Both the position numbers and the translations under genes were made by a program. From positions 2,263 through 66,262 of IMG/VR virus record IMGVR_UViG_3300012665_000475: DNA of 64,000 bases; one strand, given 5' to 3'. The stretch comes from a virus. Taxonomy: Duplodnaviria; Caudoviricetes. Of the stretch, positions 35,800-43,441 are shown piece by piece (the stretch's first letter is position 1; each line of letters opens with the position of its first letter). The notes under the pieces are model-generated. The model saw only the letters and a list, made by a program, of their open reading frames with translations. It did not search any database and was not told the DNA's origin.

Positions 35800-37356
35800 A
35801 TGATAGTAAAAGACATCGTCTTCGGAAGTGAAGGCAGACAGAAATTAATTAATGGTGTTAATACAATTGCGAATGCAGTTGGGTCTACACTAGGAGCTCG
35901 TGGTCGCACGGTGCTCATTGAGTCGGAGCAACACGTTGGTGGTATTACAGTAACCAAGGATGGTGTGACGGTCGCTAAGTCAATTAACTTAATGGACCCA
36001 GCTGAGAACTTGGCGGTCATGATCATGCGAGAGGCTTCTGAGAAGACTGCTAACTCGGCAGGTGATGGCACGACGACAAGTATGGTGCTGGCACAAGCCA
36101 TCATCCATGCGGCGATGGGACTTCTGAAGTCTGATGATAACGTGACGCAGGTGCTAAGGGATATTCAAGAAGCTGGCTTAATAGTAGATGAGTCCTTGAG
36201 TTTTATGTCAACTGAGATTACACCAGATAAGTTGGTGGACGTGGCAACTATCTCGGCCAATGGCGATGCAGAAATTGGCAAGATCATCGCTGATGCGTAC
36301 AATCAAGTTGGCTTATCAGGAGTGGTGACTGTTGGAGCATCGGAGACATCGGACACATACGCTGAGGTGGTGAGTGGCATGAAGATAGACAGAGGCTTTG
36401 CGAGTAAGTACTTTGTGACAGACCACAAGAAGCAAGAGGCGGTGCTAGATAAACCATATATTTTAGTAACTGACCAGCCCATTACAAATCTTAACGACAT
36501 CTTGCCTATTTTGGAGTTTATCCATCAAGGCAGACATTCATTGCTCATTATTGGCGAGCTCGATGAGAACTCACTAAACTCACTAAACGTGAACAAGATT
36601 AAGTTGGGTCTAAAAGTGAGCACTATTATCCCTCCATCATTTGGCTACAAGCGTCATCAGATCATGCAGGACATTGCTATTGCGACAGGGGCTAAGTATT
36701 TCTCTGAGCAGACGGGTGACAACTTAATGATGGTCACTATTGACGACTGCGGACAAGCAGGCAAGGTGGTGAGCTCACGGTTCAATACCATTATCTTCGA
36801 TGCAATTGGAGCAGGGGAGGAGAGAGTTCAAGAGTTGCAAGAGCAGATGGCTGTGGAGACGCAGGCTGTCGAGAAAGAGTTCTTAAAAGAACGCATCGCT
36901 AATCTTGGTGGTGGGGTGGCTATCATTAAGGTGGGTGCTAACTCAGACATTGAGCAGAAGGAGAAGAAGGACCGGGTGGACGATGCGGTGTGTGCAGTAC
37001 GTGCAGCACTAGAAGAGGGCATCCTACCAGGTGGAGGCGTGGCGTTAAAAGATATCGCTGCTACCATGGACGTGGAGAACAAAGGCACCGAGATATTACA
37101 AATGGCGATGCTGGCTCCAATGATCAAGATACTATCCAATGCAGGCATAGATGTGGATGGTGCAGACTTTGATGAAGGTAAGCAGTTGTCTAAGGGAGGC
37201 ATAGGGGTGAACGTAGCTACAGGGGCATACTGCCACATGATGAGCGTTGGGATCATTGACCCGACTAAGGTGACTAAAGAAGCACTTAAGAATGCGGTAT
37301 CTGTTGCTACTACATTGCTATCAACAGAGACGGTCATTACCAACATTAGAGCATAA
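35800..37356 (+). CDS. groEL: Phage-encoded group I chaperonin
   Basis: TLGARGRTV, ITVTKDGVTVAK, AGDGTTTS, ATISANGD, EKKDRVDDA, EEGILPGGGVAL, IIDPTKVT..AL.NA.S.A; no GGM tail. Confidence 0.97.
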   Translation: MIVKDIVFGSEGRQKLINGVNTIANAVGSTLGARGRTVLIESEQHVGGITVTKDGVTVAKSINLMDPAENLAVMIMREASEKTANSAGDGTTTSMVLAQAIIHAAMGLLKSDDNVTQVLRDIQEAGLIVDESLSFMSTEITPDKLVDVATISANGDAEIGKIIADAYNQVGLSGVVTVGASETSDTYAEVVSGMKIDRGFASKYFVTDHKKQEAVLDKPYILVTDQPITNLNDILPILEFIHQGRHSLLIIGELDENSLNSLNVNKIKLGLKVSTIIPPSFGYKRHQIMQDIAIATGAKYFSEQTGDNLMMVTIDDCGQAGKVVSSRFNTIIFDAIGAGEERVQELQEQMAVETQAVEKEFLKERIANLGGGVAIIKVGANSDIEQKEKKDRVDDAVCAVRAALEEGILPGGGVALKDIAATMDVENKGTEILQMAMLAPMIKILSNAGIDVDGADFDEGKQLSKGGIGVNVATGAYCHMMSVGIIDPTKVTKEALKNAVSVATTLLSTETVITNIRA

Positions 37357-37481
37357 TATTGCACTTAATGGTGGAGAAAGCCGACAAATGTATAATATAT
37401 TGCACTTTTATATGCTATTTGGTATAAAAAGTAAACTATAATTTACAAATTAAGAAGTAATACTACGGATATTTAAAAAAA

Positions 37482-37501
37482 TGTTAACTTATAAGTTAAC
37501 A
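37482..37501. promoter_or_regulatory. Perfect 20-bp palindrome TGTTAACTTATAAGTTAACA
   Basis: Read directly in the groEL-groES intergenic region. Confidence 0.5.
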
Positions 37502-37605
37502 AATGTTAAAAATCCAAACCAATATGGCGATGAAAATGATAATTATCCAAACCTATTGACGAAACTTGTAAAAAGTTGCAAGTTCTGATAATAAGGTTAA
37601 ATAAA

Positions 37606-37623
37606 ATTTACAAATTTGTAAAT
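37606..37623. promoter_or_regulatory. Perfect 18-bp palindrome ATTTACAAATTTGTAAAT
   Basis: Read directly, 23 nt upstream of the groES ATG. Confidence 0.45.
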
Positions 37624-37646
37624 AAATGTAAAATATAATTAATGTT

Positions 37647-37904
37647 ATGAAAGTAATCGGAAAGAATATTCTAATCGTGCCTCAAGAAGAGGAGACAAAG
37701 TCAAAAGGTGGGTTGATTATGACCGCATCGGACGTAAATGAGCTACGCTACAAGAAAGCTACCGTGGTATCACAAGGACATTTAGTAGATGGTATCAAGC
37801 CAGGCTCATTTATCTACTTTGATCGTGCAGCTGGCCACACCATCCGCATCAATGAGGACCTATATACGGTCATCACAGAGAAGGATGTGGTGGTGGTGCT
37901 TTAA
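37647..37904 (+). CDS. groES: Co-chaperonin
   Basis: K.IG..ILI......T.SKGGLI mobile loop, VVS.G, IKPG...Y, ITEKDVVVVL. Confidence 0.9.
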   Translation: MKVIGKNILIVPQEEETKSKGGLIMTASDVNELRYKKATVVSQGHLVDGIKPGSFIYFDRAAGHTIRINEDLYTVITEKDVVVVL

Positions 37905-37960
37905 AATATTAGTCAGGTGGTTATGGGTCGTATCAGGGGTTTTCCCGGCCGGCCACTTGG

Positions 37961-38467
37961 CTAAAACTTATTATTAAGTCTACCAATGACCCTGTCATAT
38001 TGCCTTGTGGCAAAGTGATGGGGTTTATTGTTTTTAGGCTTGATGTCAGATAGCTTTGGAATGGGTTTTTGACCCTGCAACATCTCATAAACCTGTCGCA
38101 TGATGGCTTTGGCTTGGTAAGATAACTCATAAATCGCACGTTTGCCCGGTTCAGGTTTGCGAAAATGGACAATTAAGCCCTTCTCCATCAAATCTAGGCG
38201 TCTATTTTTAGTAAATTCAAAGATTTGGCAGTATTGGTCGAATTGATTGGCATCAAATACGTGCTCGGAGTACAAATAGCATAGCATCTCAAAGTCTTGG
38301 ATGCTTAATCCGTGCTTATGACGGGCCCAAGCACGCACAACTTTAATGTATTTTAGGAAGTCTTTGTCAACAGCCTCTCGTCTAACTACTATGGGCTTGA
38401 CTTTATACTCACGCACTTTGATAGCTCTAGGCTTAATCTTCCTAGGCTTCATGTATGTTTTTATCAT
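37961..38467 (-). CDS. Hypothetical basic protein, possible winged-HTH
   Basis: Isolated minus-strand gene; FEMLCYLYS...L.EKGLI......YELS pattern is wHTH-like; own -7 box TAATTTTG at 38516-38523 (minus). Confidence 0.55.
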   Translation of the reverse strand: MIKTYMKPRKIKPRAIKVREYKVKPIVVRREAVDKDFLKYIKVVRAWARHKHGLSIQDFEMLCYLYSEHVFDANQFDQYCQIFEFTKNRRLDLMEKGLIVHFRKPEPGKRAIYELSYQAKAIMRQVYEMLQGQKPIPKLSDIKPKNNKPHHFATRQYDRVIGRLNNKF

Positions 38468-38515
38468 TAGATTTCAATTGTTCATCAATCAAAGATTGAC
38501 GAAAGATTATTTTCA

Positions 38516-38533
38516 CAAAATTACTTATCTTTG
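38516..38533. promoter_or_regulatory. Back-to-back divergent -7 boxes (minus TAATTTTG 38516-38523; plus TATCTTTG 38526-38533)
   Basis: Both match TAnnTTTG and precede divergent genes. Confidence 0.55.
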
Positions 38534-38552
38534 TTGAATAATAAGAAAAATT

Positions 38553-38843
38553 ATGGCTAAGAAAAATTCAATGATTAAGATTGGCGACTTGAAGGGGGTC
38601 GTTAGCGGAATGAGAAAGGCAATGACTGAGCGTGAAGACGAGCGTACAATGCTTCAAAAAAACCGCAACTTGGGATTAGCTCCAGATCAAGATAAGGCTG
38701 CTGCAGAGCGTATTGCTCGCATCCGCAAAGAGAATGCATATTATGCACCAATCGCAGAGCGTTACCAAGGATTAATCGACTCAAAAGTAAAGGGTCGTGA
38801 TGTACCTCTTCCTTCTTCTTCACAATTATTCAATAAGAAATAA
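38553..38843 (+). CDS. Small basic protein
   Basis: 96 aa; C-terminal GRDVPLP motif. Confidence 0.6.
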   Translation: MAKKNSMIKIGDLKGVVSGMRKAMTEREDERTMLQKNRNLGLAPDQDKAAAERIARIRKENAYYAPIAERYQGLIDSKVKGRDVPLPSSSQLFNKK

Positions 38844-39088
38844 TGGCAAAGGTAAACGCAAAAAAACTTTGGGGCTATGCCAATAATTTAGAGAAAGAAT
38901 CTCAAGCTAATAGCTTTATGAGTGATATGCTTTATAAATCTGGTCTGAAGAAATCTTCAGAAGGATATTATAAATTATCAGAAGAACAAGGCAAAAACTC
39001 TACTAAATACAGAGATAAAGCAATTAAAGCAATAAATAAAGCAACAGGCAGAGATATACCTTTGCCTCCAACAGAATGGAATAGTTAA
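38843..39088 (+). CDS. Small basic protein
   Basis: 81 aa; C-terminal GRDIPLP motif. Confidence 0.6.
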   Translation: MAKVNAKKLWGYANNLEKESQANSFMSDMLYKSGLKKSSEGYYKLSEEQGKNSTKYRDKAIKAINKATGRDIPLPPTEWNS

Positions 39089-39089
39089 T

Positions 39090-39233
39090 ATGGCAAAGCA
39101 AGAAAAAACACCAATGACACGTCCAATGCCCAAAACAACAACAGGCATTGCGAAATTAGCTGCAGCTAAGAAAGAAATGAAAATAGCTAAAGCAGTAAAA
39201 ACTGTTAAGGCAATTAAAAAAATGTCTAAATAA
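39090..39233 (+). CDS. Small Lys/Ala-rich protein (47 aa)
   Basis: MAKQEKTPMTRPMPKTTTGIAKLAAAKKEMKIAKAVKTVKAIKKMSK; fills the gap exactly. Confidence 0.6.
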   Translation: MAKQEKTPMTRPMPKTTTGIAKLAAAKKEMKIAKAVKTVKAIKKMSK

Positions 39234-39241
39234 AAAACAAA

Positions 39242-39721
39242 ATGGCAAAGCAAAAACCAAAAGCAAAAGTAGCTGCGACTACTAAACCTAAATACTCACA
39301 AGCTGAACTTCAAAAAATTGGCACGGGTTATGACAAACTCGGATTTAAGAATTCAGCTATTGATATGTTGAAAGACAAAATGAGTCAACACGTCACTGAG
39401 TGGAATGATATCGTTCCTGAATCAACGATGCCTAAAAGACCACAAATGGATACTAGAGAATTCCCTCTACGTCGTGAAGGGTATCCAGGTAATTTAATGA
39501 TTGATTTCAGTAAGCGTACTGGGTACATCAAAAAAGCATATGAGGGATATGGAGAAGTAACTGGTAAAAAGGGTGTTAGTAAGAAAGCTTATGGTCAATA
39601 TAAGAATTTGATGGAAGCTTATCGTAAAGATCCGAATTTAGATACTAATATTTCTGATGATGTTTTCTATAGACAACGTAATGAAAAAGAATGGCAAAAA
39701 GCAATAAGTAGCAAAAAATAA
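39242..39721 (+). CDS. Hypothetical basic protein
   Basis: 159-aa ORF in operon. Confidence 0.6.
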   Translation: MAKQKPKAKVAATTKPKYSQAELQKIGTGYDKLGFKNSAIDMLKDKMSQHVTEWNDIVPESTMPKRPQMDTREFPLRREGYPGNLMIDFSKRTGYIKKAYEGYGEVTGKKGVSKKAYGQYKNLMEAYRKDPNLDTNISDDVFYRQRNEKEWQKAISSKK

Positions 39722-39904
39722 ATGAAAGGCTTAGGAGACGTAGTCGCTAAGGTTACTGAGGTAACCGGCATTGCAGCCGCTGTTAAATCTGTAGTAGGAG
39801 ATGACTGCGGCTGTGCTGCTAGAAGAGATGCACTAAACAGGGTATTCCCATTTAATAAACCACAAGATGGCAAAGACAGCAGCTTGGACAAGAAAAGAAG
39901 GTAA
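39722..39904 (+). CDS. Small conserved phage protein with CGC motif
   Basis: KGLGD.V..VT..TGI.......DCGC..R...LN..FP. Confidence 0.6.
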   Translation: MKGLGDVVAKVTEVTGIAAAVKSVVGDDCGCAARRDALNRVFPFNKPQDGKDSSLDKKRR

Positions 39905-40139
39905 GGATCCAAAAGGTGGGCTGAACGCTAAAGGCGTTGCGTCATATAGACGTGAGAATCCGGGTAGTAAACTGCAGACAGCAGTGACTACTCCACCATC
40001 TAAATTAAAGGCGGGCAGCAAAGATGCGGCTAGACGCAAGTCATTCTGTGCACGTATGTCAGGTATGCCTGGCCCAATGAAGAAGCCAAATGGCGAGCCA
40101 ACAAGAAAAGCATTATCTTTAAGAAAATGGAACTGTTAA
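39867..40139 (+). CDS. Conserved basic phage protein (DUF6321-like)
   Basis: AW.RKEGK.PKGGLNAKG..SY, RRKSFCARM, LRKWNC. Confidence 0.7.
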   Translation: MAKTAAWTRKEGKDPKGGLNAKGVASYRRENPGSKLQTAVTTPPSKLKAGSKDAARRKSFCARMSGMPGPMKKPNGEPTRKALSLRKWNC

Positions 40140-40270
40140 AAAGAAAAGACGGATCAAAGTCTAAGCGTGGTTTATGGGATAATATCCGTGCCAACAAAGG
40201 AAGTGGAAAGAAGCCAACTCCGGAAATGCTAAAGCAAGAGAAAAAGATTCTCGCAAAGAAAAAGAAATAA
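40127..40270 (+). CDS. Small basic protein (47 aa)
   Basis: MELLKRKDGSKSKRGLWDNIRANKGSGKKPTPEMLKQEKKILAKKKK; stop overlaps the next start. Confidence 0.6.
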   Translation: MELLKRKDGSKSKRGLWDNIRANKGSGKKPTPEMLKQEKKILAKKKK

Positions 40271-40545
40271 TGGCAGGACGTACATCTGAATATTACAAGA
40301 CCCACCCGGAGGCCAGAGCTAAACGCTTGGCTTATCAGGCTGACTATAATAAGAAGCCTGATCAATTAAAAAAGCGTATTGAGCTCAATAAAATCAATCG
40401 TGACCGTGGTCAGTATGGTGATGGCGATGGCAAAGATATGAGCCATAAAATAAATGGCCGTATCGTTGAGGAATCAGCTAGTAAGAACCGTGGATCTCGT
40501 TCAAATATGCCTGGTGATCGTCGGGCAAGAGGCAAAAAAAAATAA
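40270..40545 (+). CDS. Basic protein, degenerate HNH-like
   Basis: GDGKDMSH...SKNRG resembles Cys-less HNH cores. Confidence 0.45.
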   Translation: MAGRTSEYYKTHPEARAKRLAYQADYNKKPDQLKKRIELNKINRDRGQYGDGDGKDMSHKINGRIVEESASKNRGSRSNMPGDRRARGKKK

Positions 40546-40546
40546 T

Positions 40547-40554
40547 TAACTTTG
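40547..40554 (+). promoter_or_regulatory. Bacteroidota -7 box (TAACTTTG)
   Basis: 20 nt before the ATG at 40575. Confidence 0.55.
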
Positions 40555-40574
40555 TACTTTAAAATATCAAGATT

Positions 40575-40703
40575 ATGAAAAAGGTATCTAAGAAAACAGC
40601 GTTCAATATCAAAGAAGCAAGTAACCAAAAATTGACAGCAACTGCACGTAAGCACTACGCAGAAAATGCACAAGCTGCAATGAAAAACAAAAAGAAGAAA
40701 TAA
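40575..40703 (+). CDS. Small basic protein (42 aa)
   Basis: MKKVSKKTAFNIKEASNQKLTATARKHYAENAQAAMKNKKKK. Confidence 0.6.
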   Translation: MKKVSKKTAFNIKEASNQKLTATARKHYAENAQAAMKNKKKK

Positions 40704-40704
40704 G

Positions 40705-40968
40705 ATGGGTGTTTTAAATTATATGCAGTCGGGGCGTGCTGCAGCAGTTACGCCTTCTAACACTACAAACATTCCAAGTGTTTCTGGTGGCACAAATGAG
40801 GAAGGATGTATCCTTTACATTGGTGGAGCAGGTAACTTAAAAGTCTTAACTATTGGTGGAGACGAGGTTACTTTCTACGCAGTACCAGCAGGCACAACTC
40901 TTCAAGTTCGTGTTCTAAGAGTTTTCTCTACAGGAACAGCAGCTACTAACATTGTTGCTCTCTGGTAA
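40705..40968 (+). CDS. Capsid spike-base-like protein (RcGTA Rcc01079-like)
   Basis: AAAVTPS......LYIGGAGNLKV.T.GG..VTF..VPAG..L.V.V.RV..TGT.AT.IVALW matches that family pattern as I recall it. Confidence 0.65.
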   Translation: MGVLNYMQSGRAAAVTPSNTTNIPSVSGGTNEEGCILYIGGAGNLKVLTIGGDEVTFYAVPAGTTLQVRVLRVFSTGTAATNIVALW

Positions 40969-41132
40969 TGACAGAAGACGATTTGAAAATAGGAATACTA
41001 AATTCGATAACTCTTATGTTATCGTTCACCACTATAGAGGCTACTCTTCGTGTGGCGTTATTGGCTGTGTCCATAGCGTACACGGGGTTTAAGCTATATA
41101 AACTTATAAAAGAAAGAAAGAAATGGCTTTAA
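40968..41132 (+). CDS. Putative holin (54 aa)
   Basis: MTEDDLKIGILNSITLMLSFTTIEATLRVALLAVSIAYTGFKLYKLIKERKKWL: two short hydrophobic segments and a basic C-terminus; first gene of the lysis block. Confidence 0.55.
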   Translation: MTEDDLKIGILNSITLMLSFTTIEATLRVALLAVSIAYTGFKLYKLIKERKKWL

Positions 41133-41410
41133 TTGACATTTTTAAAGACGATAATGAGATCAACGAAAAGTCGGTTTTAGGTTTCGCATCATTCGTAGTA
41201 TTGGTGGCCTATGGTACAGTTGATATCGTTACAGGTGCAATGCAACAGCAATTTGTTATTGAGCCCATTATTTTAGAGATTTTCGCAGGATTAACTGCAG
41301 CTTGTTTCGGTATCTCAGCATTTGAGAAGGTGAAGAACCGTGAGAACGAGACAGAAAGACAAAAAGCCCTAGGTGGCCAAATCGAGCCATATGAAGAGTC
41401 TGAAGGTTAG
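41123..41410 (+). CDS. Two-TM membrane protein, holin/antiholin-like
   Basis: IFKDDNEINEKSVLGF plus two TM helices and GISAFEK. Confidence 0.6.
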   Translation: MALIDIFKDDNEINEKSVLGFASFVVLVAYGTVDIVTGAMQQQFVIEPIILEIFAGLTAACFGISAFEKVKNRENETERQKALGGQIEPYEESEG

Positions 41411-42005
41411 TATTATTATGTTTGTTGTCAGTATGGTGCTTCTAGTTCTCTTAATGAGAGAAAGAGGCAAGAATGCTGAGGCAAGACCTAACGATACGAT
41501 TACTGTTCACGACACGGCTTGGCAAATTCACGATTCGATTCGTATCAAGAAAGTACCCGTATACAAAGAGGTTATTGTAGAGGTGGCATCCAAACCAGAG
41601 ATGCTACCTGATACAAACTATGCACGCTTGAAAGAGCAGTATATGGCACTTTTAGCGTTGTATCTAAACAAGAAAGCCTATTCTGACACGATTCGTGTAG
41701 GATCATACGGTTATATTGCACTTTTGGATACAATTAAAGAGAATAAAATAGCACATAGACGCACACGTGATAATTTTAATATACCAGTCGTTAAGGAAAC
41801 TAAAACTATTACTAAGTATGCACCACCAGTCCGTCAATTATACGTTGGAGGTGGCGTTATGGTTAACAACACCCTTGGGATAAGAGGTGCAGAAGCTGGC
41901 TTACTCTACAAGACAAAGAAGGATGAGATATATAATATCACAGCCGGAGCAAATCTTGATGGGACAGTAATCTATGGTGTGCATTACTATTATAAACTAA
42001 AGTAA
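41373..42005 (+). CDS. Spanin-like/Rz-like membrane protein (start may be 41391)
   Basis: N-terminal TM, DT(I)-rich periplasmic segment and C-terminal beta strands; directly before the endolysin. Confidence 0.5.
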   Translation: MAKSSHMKSLKVSIIMFVVSMVLLVLLMRERGKNAEARPNDTITVHDTAWQIHDSIRIKKVPVYKEVIVEVASKPEMLPDTNYARLKEQYMALLALYLNKKAYSDTIRVGSYGYIALLDTIKENKIAHRRTRDNFNIPVVKETKTITKYAPPVRQLYVGGGVMVNNTLGIRGAEAGLLYKTKKDEIYNITAGANLDGTVIYGVHYYYKLK

Positions 42006-42006
42006 A

Positions 42007-42846
42007 ATGCTATTAAGAGTTGGATCGACAGGTGATGATGTAAAGAAGCTCCAAGAATTACTTGGCGTAGATGTCATTGGTAAGTTTGGGCCAAAGACTG
42101 AGGCAGCTGTCAAAGGATGGCAAGCGGCTCACGGGCTGACCCCTGACGGGGTGGTTGGTGATGCTACTTGGGCGAAGATGTTCGCACAACCTATTGTTCA
42201 GGCTCCTGCTCCAGCTTTACAACCTGCTGTTCAGAACACTACTTTTAAATTAGATAAGTTAAAAGGTCACGTGCCACAATTTATCTTAGATCAAATCCCT
42301 GATACTGCAACACGTTTTGGTATTACTACACCATTGCGTTTAGCTCACTTTCTTGCTCAATGTGGTCACGAATCAGGAGGCTTTAGAGCATTCTCTGAGA
42401 ACTTAAATTATGGAGCAAAAGGATTGCTATCAATATTCCCAAAATACTTTAAGACTATTGAGAAAGCGAAGGCGTATGAGCGTAAGCCTGAGAAGATTGC
42501 TAACCTAGTCTATGCGAATAGAATGGGTAATGGCGATGAGGCTAGTGGTGATGGATGGAAACATCGAGGAAGAGGTGCTTTACAAACAACAGGTAAATCA
42601 AACTACCAAGATTTTGCTAAGTTTATGAATATGCCTGAGATTTTAACAAATCCAGACTTAGTTGCTACTAAGTACCCATTAGCTTCTGCAGCGTTTTTCT
42701 TTAAGAAGAACAACTTGTGGCCTATTTGCGATAAAGGTAGTTCTCCAGAAGTTGTAACTTTGGTAACTAAAAAGGTGAATGGAGGAATAATCGGTTTGCC
42801 AGATAGACAAAAACATTTTAAAGAATACTATAACCTACTAAGCTAA
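42007..42846 (+). CDS. Endolysin: peptidoglycan-binding domain + GH19 lysozyme
   Basis: G..G.DVK.LQ..L....G.FG..TE.AVK.WQ..HGL..DG.VG..TW (PG_binding_1); LAHFLAQCGHESGG, ENLNY, GDGWKHRGRG.LQ.TG..NY, T..VNGG..GL.DR. Confidence 0.93.
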   Translation: MLLRVGSTGDDVKKLQELLGVDVIGKFGPKTEAAVKGWQAAHGLTPDGVVGDATWAKMFAQPIVQAPAPALQPAVQNTTFKLDKLKGHVPQFILDQIPDTATRFGITTPLRLAHFLAQCGHESGGFRAFSENLNYGAKGLLSIFPKYFKTIEKAKAYERKPEKIANLVYANRMGNGDEASGDGWKHRGRGALQTTGKSNYQDFAKFMNMPEILTNPDLVATKYPLASAAFFFKKNNLWPICDKGSSPEVVTLVTKKVNGGIIGLPDRQKHFKEYYNLLS

Positions 42847-42971
42847 TGGCAAAAGCAAAATCATCAACCGAAGCAAAGAAAATTACATTCGGAGTTAGAA
42901 GAAAAGGAAAACACGCTAAGACGTCTGGACCAAAAGATAAAAGAACTAAACGTAGTAGAGGACAAGGCTAA
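42846..42971 (+). CDS. Small Lys/Arg-rich protein (41 aa)
   Basis: MAKAKSSTEAKKITFGVRRKGKHAKTSGPKDKRTKRSRGQG. Confidence 0.6.
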   Translation: MAKAKSSTEAKKITFGVRRKGKHAKTSGPKDKRTKRSRGQG

Positions 42972-42973
42972 AC

Positions 42974-43441
42974 TTGTCCTTTTTTAATATGAAATTATTA
43001 ATTGCTTTTTTTGTATTAATTCAATACTTACCTATCACGGTTGCTCCTGTAGAAAATAAAGTTCAAATAGGAACTGTAGCCGGCAATAGAAATATTGAGT
43101 TTGGTGTTAAAAATATTCTTGAAGAATACTTACAAGAACAAGGACACGATGTGTCTGATGATGCAGTTAATCAGATTAAAGTTGAAATACTTTATTTTGA
43201 TGTTATTAAGACTCAATCTAATTTATCTGTGTTCCATCGCAATAGTGATGCGGTTGTAATCCGTATGCGTGGTAAATTAATCAACAACGGTAAGGTTGTG
43301 AAGACAGTTATTGTAGAAGAGTCAGCAGAAGAAGTATCGATGGCTACTCTTTTAATTGACGAAGGAGGTAAATTTAATCAAACTAATTTAAGTTCAGCTT
43401 TAAAGAAAACTTGTAACACTTTGATTAACAAACTTCTATAA
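42974..43441 (+). CDS. Exported protein, CsgG/TolB-N-like alpha/beta fold (short paralog of 45854-46561)
   Basis: Hydrophobic N-terminus; GVKNILEEYL and ATLL.D.G.KFNQ...SALKK align with the CsgG-like gene. Confidence 0.5.
   Translation: MSFFNMKLLIAFFVLIQYLPITVAPVENKVQIGTVAGNRNIEFGVKNILEEYLQEQGHDVSDDAVNQIKVEILYFDVIKTQSNLSVFHRNSDAVVIRMRGKLINNGKVVKTVIVEESAEEVSMATLLIDEGGKFNQTNLSSALKKTCNTLINKLL

Noticed and set aside
35745-37364. Antisense ORFs over groEL (35745-36104, 36303-36500, 36828-37364)
   Set aside because: Typical antisense shadows of a conserved gene.
37357-37646. CIRCE/HrcA operator near groEL/groES
   Set aside because: No TTAGCACTC-N9-GAGTGCTAA match; the palindromes present are different.
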